Of a stretch of 64,000 nucleotides of DNA, positions 42,790 to 56,659 are shown piece by piece. Numbering within the stretch: the first letter of the stretch is position 1; each line of letters begins with the position of its first letter. The DNA lies in contig NC_045697.1 in NCBI RefSeq assembly GCF_009834535.1, forward strand, positions 56,236,001 to 56,300,000, given 5' to 3'. The DNA is from Camelus ferus (lineage: Eukaryota). Below the pieces are notes generated by a model. The model made no database searches and had not been told where the DNA came from. It saw only the letters and a list, made by a program, of their open reading frames with translations. The translations under genes and the position numbers were made by a program.

Positions 42790-43880
42790 CAATTAAGTAA
42801 GTGAATGGCAAATCGTGGGAGTCACTGTTGAAATCGGAGGTTGCAGATCAGTTAGAGTGAAGAGGCTAGAATGATCCATGTGATAACTGGTGATATCAGT
42901 GTATACTCATGTTTAGCTTAATATACACGTATGTATACACACATATAACTATAGCTTTGTGTAGGAATGTTTATAGATGTACACAAGTTAACATGCACAT
43001 ACTTACTTCCTGACTTTGCAACTGAGAGGGTCTTGAAGCCATACCCCAGTAGCTAACTGAAAGAGTAACCAATGGCCAAACTTCTAACAATTTGGGTAAA
43101 AATTAATGTATTAGATTGTAAGCCAAAGTATAAAAAAGCCATGTGTCCATATTCCATATGGATATAAAGAAGTGATTAAATAAATAAATAAGTTGAATAA
43201 ACATTAATTTGTGCAGATACTCCGACCTTATGGAGGTAGAGCATAACACTTCCTTCCTTGAGTGTGGGCCACACATAGTCACTTTCTTCCCAAGAGTACA
43301 CTATTTAAAACTGGAATAAGAATAACTTGAGAGTGGAGAAAGCTGATCAGGCTGCCTCAGTCAGATGATCAAGGTGAACCCAACAGTGATGAGTTATATT
43401 GATCTGATATAGCCTTGATATGATGGAATGAAAATGGCAGTCTTCCTCTGGAGTCTTCCTCCAAAAAACTCATAACTCAATTCTCATCATGAGAAAAACA
43501 TCCAGTCAATCCCAGCTGAGACACAGTTTACAAAATACCTGATAAGTGTGCCTCAAAACTGTCAAAGTCATCAAACCAAGCAAAGTTTGAGAAATAGCCA
43601 AGAGAAGCCTAAGGATTCATGGTAACTAAATGTAATATGACATGCCTGTGCTAGGAAGATGATAATAAGTAAAGACTAAGGAAATCTCAATAAAATATCT
43701 ACTTTAATAATAATGTATCAGTATTGTTTCATTAACTGTGAAATCTCCAACTAATAAGATGTGCTGTACTGTTGTAAGATGTTTCTAATAGAGAACATTA
43801 GGTGTGGGATATATGGGGTCTCTCTGTACTATCTTCCTAATCTTGCTATAAATATAAAACTATTCTCAATTTAAGATTTT
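42790..43880 (+). mobile_element. L1MD/L1MC-like 3'UTR
   Basis: tcctcaaaactgtcaaagtcatcaaa-type motif near 43550; terminus ctctctgtactatcttcc...tataaaactattctc. Confidence 0.8.
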
Positions 43881-45486
43881 TAATTCAATCAGACAAATTA
43901 GTCCATAATGGGAAATGTTACTAAAAGATAAATATCTTGCTTATTATATAAGTACCCAAAGTTCACCTCCAACATAGAAGCTACAATACAGAAACATTTT
44001 GAAATGTTTCCACATATACAGAAGGTGAAACTTAGAAGTTCTGTGAATTATTTTGTTCTGTTCACAACTTGATTTCTCTAGTATTTCTGTTCTTCTTACC
44101 TGAGGACAGTCGTAGTTTTAAGATTTAACATCATCTAGCACAATTTTACAGGCAGCTCTAAGTCATCATTCTCATTTTGTTCCAGGCTTACTTCGTAAGA
44201 GGTCAAGTGGATAAAGAATGAGTAAAAGGTATTAGTGAGGGAGATAAATGAGATAAATTAAACATGTCCTGATGCTGACAGGTCTTGTTACAGCTATTTT
44301 AATTGCATGTGGTCTGTAAAATACTTTACAGTGAGAAAATAGTGTTGCCAGTCATAATTTGGGCATCATAGTTTTGTCCCCAGGAGCTGTCAGTGTCCCC
44401 ACTTTGATCAGATGATGCAGAGATGGTTTCGCAGAGCAAATAATCCTTGACCTACTCTGAGCTGAGAAGTGGTCTCCTTCCATTCTGAACCATGTTTTAA
44501 AGGGTACTGTTTTTTTTTCTGAGAAACTAAGTTTGGAAAACATTAGTGTTTATTAAATTGAACAGTCTTTGAAAACTACACAATTTATGTTTAACTTTGA
44601 TGAATGTACGTAAATTGCAAAGAATTTTCCTTCAAGCTGGTTGTGTCTGAGTTGATATTTATTTGATAACTTCACACTGAAATGCTTGATTATTTTATTA
44701 AAGAATTGTTCTAAAATAAAGCATAAATCCCCAACTAATAAGATCCTAGTATATGCATGTAAGGTGAGACAAACTCAGTTTTGAATGATACCTGATGATG
44801 TGTGTATTTCCCACTCCTTCATTCTTGCATGCATCCATTTGACAAATATTTATGAAATAACTATGTGCCAAGTAATTTTCTAGTACCAGAGATATAGCAG
44901 TGAACTAAACCAAATTAACTCCCGCCTTCATGGAATATACATGTTAAGTGCAACTATAAATAGAAAATTGGCAACACCATCAATTTATTAAGTGAAAACT
45001 GACAGCTATCTATAAGAAATATATCAATCAAAATGAGGATGTCTGCAATATAGCAAATGAGTGAAGAACTTTAAAGGCAGTCTTTGTCTGGATCTTTTAC
45101 TAAAGTATCATACAATAAATATATAGTGGTAATGGGAAAGCAACTGTAATTTATCATTTAAGATAATTCATAAAGATTTTCACTATTGAACAAAATACAT
45201 TTAAAAATTCCACTGTCTTCCTTAATTCTCTGGTACTGTTTCTACTTCAGTAAATTTGCTATCTTGCTACAAACACTGTGGTGAACTGGGGGACCCACAG
45301 TTTCCTCTTTTCTGTTTCCATGCCTTCTGGATACTTTGTCCACAGTACTGAATATGGCATGACTTTTCCCTCCCAAGGACATCAGTAGGGACTTTGAACC
45401 TATGCTGAAGTGTGACTGTAATAACTACCAGTCAAGTACAATTTCCATGGAAGAAAATAAACTGCAATTTCAAAACTACCTTCAGA

Positions 45487-46296
45487 ACCCTACTACACTG
45501 TTGGTGGAAATGTAAGTTGGTGCAACCACTATGGAGCACAGTATGGAGGGTCCTTAAAAAACTAAAAATAGACTTAACATATGATCCAGCTATCCTACTT
45601 CTGGGCATATATCCAGAGAAAACTCTAATTTGAAAAAACACAGGCACCCCAGTGTTCTTAACAGCACTGTTTACCATAGCTAAGACATGGAGACAACCTA
45701 AATGTTCATTGACAGATGAATGGATAAATAGGTTATGGTATGTGTGTGTGTGTGTGTATACAATGGAATATATATATATATAGGAATACATGTATGTTCA
45801 TATATACATATATATGTATACACATACACACGATGGAATATTACTTAGCCATAAAAAGAATGAAATAATGCCATTTGCAGCAACATGGATGAACCTAGAG
45901 ATTATGATATTAAGTGATGTAAGTCAGACAGAGAAAGATAAATAGCATATGAAATCACTTATATGTGAAATCTAAAAAAGGATACAATTTTATTTACAAA
46001 CCAGAAATAGACTCAGAGACATAGAAAACAAACTACAGTTACAAAGGGAAAAGAGGGGGAGGGATAAATTAGGAGTTTGGGATCAACATATACACATTAC
46101 TATATATAAAACAAACAACAAAGACCTACTGTATAGCACAGGGAACTATATTCAATTTCTTCTAATAAGCAATAATCCAAAAGAATCCGGAAATATGGGT
46201 GGGTGGGTGTGTGCGTGCGTATATGTTAAAAATTTGCTCTGCTGTATACCTGAAACTAACATGGTAAATCAACAACACTTCAATAAAAAATAAAAT
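45487..46296 (+). mobile_element. 5'-truncated L1 3' end
   Basis: ORF2 tail ([16 protein letters not shown]...[12 protein letters not shown]), 3'UTR, A tail; TSD aaaactaccttcaga (45472) / aaaactacctttaga (46297). Confidence 0.93.
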
Positions 46297-46669
46297 AAAA
46301 CTACCTTTAGACAATTTTGGCTTCACATTACACATATGTGTTCTATAGTACTCTAGAAAACTTTGTGGAACTGCACATGTTTAAGAAAAGAGGATAAAGC
46401 TGAAGTTATACAACCTCTGAATCTGAATACCACAAAGCTCTATGGTTAATAGAATATAACTACAAATTACAGTATGAAAGTCATTATCACCCTATTATGG
46501 GTACATAAAATAGTAGACAGTTAACTAATTTTGCTTTAATAGGTTATATCTATCTCTATTTTAATTTTATTAAAAGATACTTCATCCTTGAGTTTCATAG
46601 ATGAGTTTGTTGACAGAATAAATAATTAAAAATAAAAGTTTTCCCTATATTTGATTTTTTACCACCCGT

Positions 46670-47240
46670 CATTTACTCTATACACATTTATTGGACCCTC
46701 CTCTGCTATGGTGCTGTTCTAGATCTAGGGACTCAGCAGTGAATGAAATAAATAATATCCCTGTCTTCATAAAAACTACATTCTACTTGAAAGGACTGAA
46801 AAAAGCAAATATAGAATTAAGATGCATATCAGATGGTACAAGTGCAAGAGCTAAAGGGAAAAATAAAATACTGAAGGAACCGAGAACATGGCAAGGTGAG
46901 GGGGGCTGAGGGACAGAGTAGGCAGGAAAGGTCTCAGGAAGAAACCCAGAGGTGAAGACAGCCCTGGAGAAGTCAGGGTGAGAAGCCCCTCTAAACAATA
47001 GGATGCAAATACAAAGATACTTAGGCACGAGTACGAGTTCGTCTGAAGTGCCTAAGGACAGACATCTGGGCAGAGCTGCTGGGGAACAGTTGCAGGAGGC
47101 GGTGAGGTCAGAGAGGATGTGGGGAGCGGGAGTGTAGATGCTGGTCTGCAGTCCACATGTGGGTTACACTCTGCAGTGAGACAGGGGCACAGAGGGTTTT
47201 AAGCAGAGACGTGACTTGATCTCGTTCCTATTTTTAAACG
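46670..47240 (-). mobile_element. L2 LINE fragment
   Basis: gttctagatctagggactcagcagtgaatg...gagggttttaagcagagacgtgacttgatct. Confidence 0.75.
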
Positions 47241-48557
47241 ATGAGCCTCTTCCCCAGCCTGCTTTTCACACTCATGTTGTACCCACCAAACAGTTCTAAA
47301 CTTTGTTCCTACTGTCTGTAGCCTCTGATTTGATTTTCTGAGGAGTGGAAAAACAATTAAACATGACAAATTACAGTGTGTTATTTTGTCTGAACAATGC
47401 TGAAAGTTAAAATAGTTAGAAACTATATATATATGTTCATATGTATAACACAGATACAAATTTTAATCTCACCAGATATCTCATCCGTTCACGGAGGTCT
47501 CAGCCTCTGATTATATACCACTCACTGTTGCTCACATCTTTTCTATCTTATTATACGTACATTATATATAATATACATATATATTATATATTACTTCTCT
47601 ATTTCCTACAAATACACACATATATACATACATACATATATATACACCATTTATTAGTCTATGATGGTTTTTTCCCTGTGTCTTCTATAAAAGCTGAAAA
47701 CTACAAAAATGAAGGTCATCTACATCAAGAAAAATATTAGTCAAGGCCTCTTTATGGTATCAATACCAGTGCCTATACAAATAATCAGCAGATTGAAAAA
47801 ACTGAATGTTGAATCAAATAGTCATATGTGTAGGAATTCAAAACATTCAGAAATATCCAAAATAGACTATTTTTTTCTTTTTTCATCATAAAAGTAGTCA
47901 TTTAATAGTTACTGGCAAACAGCAATGAACACAAGTGATTGTTATTTCTAATGAAATATTTGGGGGAAATGGAAATGAAGGAAAATGTTTCTTTTATTTA
48001 CTATGGTTTTCAATATAGGCCACATATTTAGTAGCATATTTTTGAAGGAAAACCTTCACTATATTTAAAATATGAATGTGTTAATGATTATAGGACCCAT
48101 ATGATTTCAAATATAATAAATGATAAGCAAAGAGCCTTAATGTTGAGAAAATGTGGTAATATAGATAATTATGTATATATTAGCATAATGTGACATATTA
48201 TACAGAGTCCACAAATTTTAGAAACATAGAAGATATATAAGGTCATCAGGAACATCTTTATTCTATAAAAAGTAAGATAGTTTGTGTTTTGAAACTTTAT
48301 AGAGAAAATGTGGACTTAAGAGTCTATGTGACTACAATTTTATTATGGAAAATTCTCAGAATATTAGTTGACTTATATTTTAAAACACTTTGCAATCTGT
48401 AAAAACTTATATAAAGTTAAATTGCTATCAATTTAAAAGAAAATTTAATTATTTGAGATTTTTATTATGCCACTTTTCAAGAATGCTAATATATGCTACA
48501 CACAGTTGTTGTTTCAAGGCCCTGTTAATCATGCTACTCTGCATTACTATTTTGCAG

Positions 48558-48682
48558 CCCCCTCTCCAGTCACCAATGTGAAAAAGGGGAAGATTGCAAA
48601 AAACAGCATCTCTTTGTCTTGGCAAGAGCCAGATCGCCCCAATGGAATCATCCTGGAGTATGAAATCAAATACTTTGAAAAG
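48558..48682 (+). CDS. EPHA5: EPHA5 internal coding exon (likely exon 6), first part of FN3 repeat 2
   Basis: ttttgcag|CCCCCTCT...GAAAAG|gtgaga; 125 nt, phase 1 to 0; encodes (A)[41 protein letters not shown], recognisable as EphA5. Confidence 0.96.
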
Positions 48683-51599
48683 GTGAGACTAACAGAATAA
48701 AGAATGTCCTTTCTGTCTTTCTGTTTTCTTTTTTAATTTTAGCAACTGCAGTTATCCAATTTGAATAAAAGCGTGTTGCAATTTTCTGTGTAGATCAATG
48801 ACAATTGATCTGCAGTCATGATTATGGAAGCTAGAAATGTACAGGGAGCACTTTATTTGTGTTCTGCTCCTGCCAAACAGTTTACACTGCCAGAATACTG
48901 CCTATAGTCTAGCATCAGCTTAACCAGGGTTCACAGCATTAAAAGATGACATCATAGGACATCTTCAGTGTGTCCCAAACACTGAAGTTGTTAATGTTCA
49001 GTAGTGACTGCAGTGTACTACAAGGAAAACACATTCTCATGGCCAGTAACCCTGCATAATACCTACACTGTTAAGGAAGTATAAGCAGATGAGGTATATA
49101 CATATACTGTGTAAGTTTAAAAAATCTGTAATCAAAATCTAACACTGTAGCATACAGTTTATTTTAAAATTTGAGGGCATAAAACTGGAAATGTGTGCTT
49201 CACATTGTCTTTACTTTCTTGATTTCGTCGCCTTCCCTGAGTTGGCACCCAGGTCCACTGTAACATGTTTTGCCGTAACAGTTGTTGCAATCTAAAGGCA
49301 GTAATCATCCCTCTCCCTCTTTTCTGAATCCACAACCAGATGAGCTATTGGTAAAGGAATAACACAGATGGAAGCTAAGGATGAATTTATAATTTCTAAA
49401 GCTGGACTTTAGCATTTGGCTTAGATATGTAGACACCATGAGTCTTGCTCCAACTCCCACCCCCATTTTACTGTGATTTTTGTACAGTCTAGATCTGAGT
49501 GACATACACTATTTAGAACAACTTGAGTTTTAATTGACCAGGTAAAGACAAATGAGTGCCCAAACCAGCCTCTAAGAGGTGAGTAGAAGACCCTGACCCA
49601 GACGTGTGTTCCTGTGGAAGTAAAGGTGGTAAAGATTGCTGACATAATGCAGAGAAGCAAATCCCAAAAGACAAGGGAAGGAAGGGCTCAGCCACACTTA
49701 TCCAGTTGCTTCTCCCAAACTCCCAGAGACATCCTCCTTTTCTTTTAAGGAAGGGTGAAGATGGGTGGAGGAAGTTCAAAAGCTTACTTTGCAATACCCA
49801 AGAAATTGTCCAAGCTAGGACATTGGAAATGAAAGAGGGAATAAATGGCTCCGCTTATACTAATACGAACATATCATGAGAAATACTGATATCCCATTGA
49901 TGAAAATTACTTAAAAATTCAACATTCCGTATATATGCATAGATAAAAGAGTGTATGTAAATACAGTGAAACACACTGAAGTAATTCATAGCATTTTAAA
50001 AAATTGCTTCTTTCATCACTGAGTCAACAATTACCAGTGTAAAGACCCAACAGAGAATAAAACAATAGAGTTTATGTCAGGGAGGGTGGGGCTATCTACA
50101 TATTCTTTCTAGGTTTTGGGTATCTGTACAATGCTCATATATTGGTTTTATAAATAGATGAATAGAAAAGCAGTTATTTTTGAAATAGTTGTATTTCTAG
50201 GAATGACTTGCTGGTAGCATTATATGTAACCACTGGATTATTAGGAAACATAAATGAAGATACTTATAAGGTATTTCCAAAAATATATTATCAAATAGAT
50301 TATTCACCAAGATTGTTCTAAGAAAATATCTCTGAGACAAAGTTTTGTTGGGATAAGGTTTACAGTGTCTATTGTAAAAAAAAAAAATAGAGTAAATCAA
50401 GTAAAATGTTATGATATTAATATCCACCTCCCCCTCCAATCCCTGTTTCTCTGGGAGTAGTGATCCAAACTGAATTGCAAGTTCTGGAAGTCTACAATTT
50501 AAATAAACGCTGTATCCAAAAAAAATTTGTTAAATTAAGGTTTACATTCCTTTTTCAAGTTTTGGTAAACCTTATTACTGCATACTAATGCAAAGCTAGA
50601 CATGAGTTCTTTTATAAACACTTTTAAGTCTCAGAATTTTATTGTAATTAAAGTTGACTTTAAAAGAAATTGGAATTCATAATGGCATCTTAAAGTAACT
50701 ATACACCAAAAACTATATATTTGAATATATACAAAAACATCTTAGATGAAACATACATATCTTAGATGAAATAAAGTTCAACTGCAGGAAGACTAAAAGT
50801 TTGACAAGTCCTTATTTTCCTGCATCGTTTTTCTTTACCTGACGCAACTAACTGGACCAATGTCTGAGGTGTTTTTTGTTTTGTTTTGTGATCTGTAAGG
50901 AAATTGTTCTAATTTTTTCCTCTTATGAGTAACCTTCAATTGTTTTTACTTTTACTTCCCAGCATATGCTTGAGTCTCATATACAAAATATTCATTAGAA
51001 TCAAGGATTTATCTTTTTTTTTCCTTTGAGCTACTACTTCTGTTAAAACAGTTACTCCATAAGTGATGTGGCAGAGTCCTTTTCTATTAATATTCCTTCA
51101 AATTAATTTTATCCATGTTGAAATATTTTCTTTACAGTTCATTGTATAAGTTATATTTATTCAGTAAGATTTGGTTTATGTTTAATATTTTATAGTTCAT
51201 GCTATATTAATACATTCTATTATCTACATAATTCAAAATAAGAATAAATGATTTGGGAAAAAAGATTTCTATCCATAACCTAAATAAATGAATAACAAGT
51301 TGCCTACTTACATGCTATAAAAACAGAAAAACTCTTAGATATAATTTTGAGGAAGTTATTACCTTCTTTTAGTCAGTGTTTTCCTTTTTACAGTGAAGAT
51401 ACTAATTCCCAGACTTTTTTGCCAAGCAGAATTATTGAGCATACTGATGAAATACACAAAAAGTTTTTTTTTTTTTTTTACACTTTCAGAAGGGAAGAAA
51501 TAAAGGATAATGAGCTTTTATACCATGTATTGAGGTGGGTGTCCTGATAGGTTTCCAGAGCTCATTTTGAATCTTCAGAATGACACTACCATTTTATTG

Positions 51600-51910
51600 G
51601 ATGGCTCTTGGCCAGACACAGGTGGCAGAGCTTTCCAGGGCTCACACATTTGCCAGCTGGCATCTCTGCCTGTGATTGCCCTGCTCTAATAGAGGTCATT
51701 GGGCCTCTCTGCTCCTGCATGGTGATGGGCCCATTGCCATCTCTTAATTAAAGACAGAGGCAAAGGGAAGCTGCCCTTTGGCAGGGTGTTTGCCAGCTGG
51801 CTCCTTCTGCTCAGGCCCTCCCCTCGCTGCATGTGAACAGTGTTTGCTAAGCAGCTGGGGAATGTAGCTCATTTGCTCAGCTGGGGCATGAAGGCAGCAA
51901 AAGCCACTAC
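51600..51910. promoter_or_regulatory. candidate intronic bHLH enhancer
   Basis: four CAGCTG plus other E-boxes in a GC-elevated island with no recognised repeat. Confidence 0.4.
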
Positions 51911-53479
51911 CCTGACCAAGGACTTGGCAGCGTTTGGTTGTGGGTGTTGAAGATGTGTAGATAGCCTTGTAATATAAGGAAATTATAGTATGAAGATGAT
52001 GTAAAGGAGTGGATCAGAAGGAAATTTTAGAATATACTTAGATAATTCAAAATGTGTCTGTATGGGTTTTGATCCTTTTGATATAAGCTTTGCTAAGTCC
52101 CTTCAGACATACTGTATTCAACAAACTCAGAGAGACAATGTACAATTAGACCTGCCATAAGGAACCACTGAGACCTACATAATGTTAGTAGATAAATTGG
52201 ACAGAATGTTTTATAATTTTGTTCAAATGATATTAGATTATACATTATTTCAAGGAGCAGCATTCCAGTTTCCTTGCAATATTTTTTTTCTTTTTGGCCA
52301 AATTATCAATTTCTTTTTTTTTTTTTTCAGTAGTTAGCAGTCATAATCATGTAAGCTTTTTAATTCTTTTTTTCTTTTCAGTAGAAGAATTTGCCACCAT
52401 GCTGTAGGGTCAATTCAAATTTACCTAGAACTGCTCAGAAGATTATGCTGAGTGCTAGGTATATTGTCTAGGTTTCCATCTGTATGTTCTAACAAAACCC
52501 TTGATAAATAATTTCATCCCATTTTAAAGAAGAAAACAAACTGAAGTTGAGCTACATACCCGCATTTACACATGTACTTAGTTAATAACATGGCTGGAAT
52601 TCTAACCCTGATATTCTTATGCTTTTTTGGTAAAAAAAAAAAAAAAAATTCTTACTTTACATATAAATGTTAATTAATATTTTATGTAAAAATTCTAATA
52701 ATACCAAATATACCAAAATCTTTCATTTTGATTTGATTTTTTTCACCAACTCAAATTCCCTTTAAACAAAATGCAAATAATAGTGAACATATATTTTAAC
52801 ATTTCTTACTGAAAATTACCGATTCAATCACAGCTGAACTGGAAAGTATAATATTATTGAAAAAGTCTTGCACATTCAGTCATAAAGTTGAGTATACTCA
52901 GACCATCAATAACTACAGTGGTTTATGGAAGCTACTTACCCTTTTTAAAAGGAACACATCAAGAAATTATCTGCTTTTTCACTGTTCTACCCCTATCACA
53001 TAGAAGGGGTAATAGAGTAGATAAGAGAGGATCAATAAATATTTGTGAGTGAAGAAAATGACTGACATTACTAGGTCAAATTTTATAGAATTAATTACCT
53101 ACTTTAAATTCTTTGCAAAACTCTAATAAAATTTCCTCAACATTTTAAAGATTAGGCACTTAAACCTATAACAGAAAACAAAGATCAGTTGTTTACATAG
53201 AGTGAATCAGAAAAACCTATTTGGATTAAAATTTAAACTATACCTGTCTAGAGAGAAATTTGGATATACTCAACCCTAAGAAAATTTTATATGCTTGAAC
53301 ATATTAAATGAGGAATGGGAAAACCACTTTAAAAGAAGCATATTTATACATTGTCTATTTTAGATTGTATTGGTGGTTGGATAGAATGTGGTTAGATGTT
53401 GACTTTGATGTGTAAAATTAGACAAAAAATAATAGTTATGACAATTAAAACTCATACTTTATAGTTTAATAAGTATTTT

Positions 53480-54031
53480 TGTTAGATAGTTAGATAAGGG
53501 GAAGCATCGGGCAGATAAGTGGAGGAGAGGAAGGATGGTTCAGAAGATGGTGTTATGCCCGCCTCCAGCATAAAAGGACGTTACTTCTTCTGAATGAGTG
53601 TCAGCAAGAAACTGGTTAAAACATGACAGCCACGACTGTGCGGTAGCAGAAATGACTTAACCTGACACAACCCAATGTTCATTGTATTATAAATAACATT
53701 GCAGTTTAGCCCTCCCCTGTGTGGGATTTTCTGTGTACACTATGGGTAAGGACATGGGCAAAGGGGCCAAACGTGACTGAGCATTCCAGGGACAACAGCC
53801 GTCAATCAATCAAGAGACCACCTCTGAGTGAGGCTATAAGAGAAAGGGGAGAGAAAATCCACAGCTTTTCCTCCCTTGGGTCAGCCCACCTCCTGTTCTT
53901 GGGGGGTGTACGTTTCTTTTCTTTTTGAATAAATCTTTTAAAATCTTTTGCTACACAACACACTGTCTGCCAACTGCACACTTGTCTTTGAGGTATGACA
54001 AGAACCAGGGTCTTTAACTTTTAGGGTAACA
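53480..54031 (+). mobile_element. ERV solo LTR (ERV1-like), 552 bp
   Basis: TGTTAG...TAACA inverted ends, TATAA at 53835, AATAAA at 53928, 4-bp TSD tttt/tctt. Confidence 0.8.
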
Positions 54032-55464
54032 TCTTCACATACATTGCCTTGTTTCATTCTTATAACATTTCTATAAGGAAATCCAGGCACCAATTTCTAC
54101 CCCAATTGTACAGATAAAGAAACTGAGGATAAACGTACAAATGGGCTTGCTGTAGTTTAGCACATGATTTCAGTGTCCACACTAAAGGCACAGCATGGTG
54201 TGCTGTAAATTTCAAGGGACAAGGGATGTGATTTGCATTTGTTTTACATTTTAATGGCATTAGGGAGATTAAATAATAACCTTATTCCTTATTAGAGTGC
54301 TTGAAAAAAAAACTATATTCTTGCTTTCCATTTTCTTCTCATATAGGAAAAAGAAATACTTTACATGTTATTCCCCTTAGATCTTTTTAAAAAATCAATA
54401 CATTTTTCTGCCTGTCAAGGCAAAATTCCCTGAAAACAACAGTTTACAGTGATCAATTAAGTTATTATAAGACCAGTTCTTTACAAGGGGGAAAAATCTC
54501 TAAGCATACCTATTTTTAATTCATCCTATAGTATCTATCAGAAATTTAATAAATGTAGAAAGACCTTAAGGAAGAAACAAGTTTAACCAAGAATTCACAC
54601 AGAAAAATATAAAGGGAGAAAAAATTCAAAACAAGGACTTTGTGTGTTTTAAATCGTTATTAACCCAAAATTTTATGTTCAGCATGGTAACTTCAGAGGT
54701 AATGATGAATTATAGGTGGTTTGCCTAGACTTTTGTTAACAGTCAAAATAGGAACAGTTCCTCTTTATTTCACTTTCCAAAATTATCTTTCTAGTGACAT
54801 TTTTCCCCACTTCATTTCCATTCACTGCTAACTCAACCCAAACACATAAATATGAAAAAATAGAAAGATTTTAAAAAGGAAAAATATATTGTTGCTTATT
54901 TGTATTTTTTCTTTACTGCTCCGTGTTTAGACTTAGTGACGTGAAATTAAAGTTCTTTAGTAACATACTCATTCCTTCTCCCAAGCCCTAAATATAACTA
55001 GAAATCAAATTCACTAAAGATAAAAGGCATAGGTCTTACCTGGAAGTATGTGATATATTTTCACCTTTGTCTGTGAACCAGTAACACATTAGATGCGCTT
55101 CAATAAAACGTTTATTAGAAAAATGCGCACACAATGAGCAGTACTAAAATAGAGTCTGTAAAATAACTTATCTCCTGGAAGTTGAATTTAAAAATTTTAC
55201 ATATCTATTTCTGCCCAAAGTAAGTGTGGTGAATGAGTGGAGAATATATCCACCCTCTTTGAGTTCTAGAAAATACTTTAAGTTTCTATATAAATAACAC
55301 ATCTAGGATGTGTAGGTTTCTTTTGTTTCCTAGAATATCTTATTTGTACTAATAGCAGTTCTATCAGTTTCTCATTCTTTTTCTGATCTTTGATTCTAAG
55401 TTTTGCTGTCATTAGTAATGCATATATTGACTTCTTTTTATTCTATGTGCATGTGTAATCCAAG

Positions 55465-55624
55465 GACCAAGAGACCAGCTATACAATTATCAAATCTAAA
55501 GAGACAACTATAACTGCAGAGGGCTTGAAACCGGCTTCAGTATATGTCTTCCAAATTCGAGCACGCACAGCAGCAGGCTACGGTGTCTTCAGTCGAAGAT
55601 TTGAGTTTGAAACCATCCCAGTGT
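55465..55624 (+). CDS. EPHA5: EPHA5 internal coding exon (likely exon 7), second part of FN3 repeat 2
   Basis: tccaag|GACCAAGAG...CCAGTGT|gtaagt; 160 nt, phase 0 to 1; encodes [53 protein letters not shown]; absent from the ORF track and read directly. Confidence 0.96.
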
Positions 55625-56659
55625 GTAAGTCATTTTAATTACTGTCAACTCATGTCTCTGTAATGGTTACCAGAAAAGAGTCAGTGGATCAATACTCTCC
55701 CTGGGCATTCTGTCAGTCTCCTGCTTCTTCTCTCTCCCCCAGGAATGACCCCTTCAGGTAGGAAGCATCTGTCATGCTATTATGGTAGGTTAGCGGGTTA
55801 ACACATCAGTCCCCGCTCCTCATTGCTTTTAGTCTACTGGGAGATGAAGCATCAGGAGACCCTTAAGAAATGTTTAAACCTTGCTTTTAAAGACTTTCTT
55901 TCCACTGCTGCCATACTTCATTGAATTATTGGCATTTAATTTTTACTTGAACTAGGCTACAAGGCTTAGTCTTTCCATGAAAATTCCACAGGGGACTTTC
56001 ATTAATACTGAGTTTGGCAAGAAAATGGTGCTTTCAGGAACCAGTGTGATTGTTCTAAAAAAATCTAAATCTCTAGCAGCATCTCTGAGTGGAGGGTCTG
56101 GAAATATTTCTGGAAGACCCTTCTTGTACCTTCTTTTTTTCATAAAATAGTGAAAATGGCATTAAAACTTTTTCTTCTTAAATGTCAAAAAAAATATTTA
56201 GATTACTTACTTGCCCTAAAGCATACATTGAAAGCAGGATTAGAAGAAGGCAATAACTTGCCTTGTTTATAGATGAAAGAACTGACACTATTAAAGTCTT
56301 GTTATGAAGAAAATAACACATAGAAGTACTGTGAACTGTCAAATATGTGTAAATGTATATGTTTATACACACACAATACATATATACACATAATATGTAC
56401 TTTTTATATTCAAGTTATGTAAGAATTAGTGATTTTAAAATGAAAATAAAACATGTATTTTCTCCCTTTGAAAATCAATGAAAAATGAGAGCTTAGTTAG
56501 TAGATTTACTTTGTAATGAACAGAAGAATTATTAAATTAAAATTTCCATAAACCTATATAACATAGGTCTTTAGAAGATGAAGTTATACTTCTTTTTAAA
56601 GCATGTTTAACTGAATTATATAGAAAATAATTTTTATTACTTTAAAAATAGCTGTCTAA

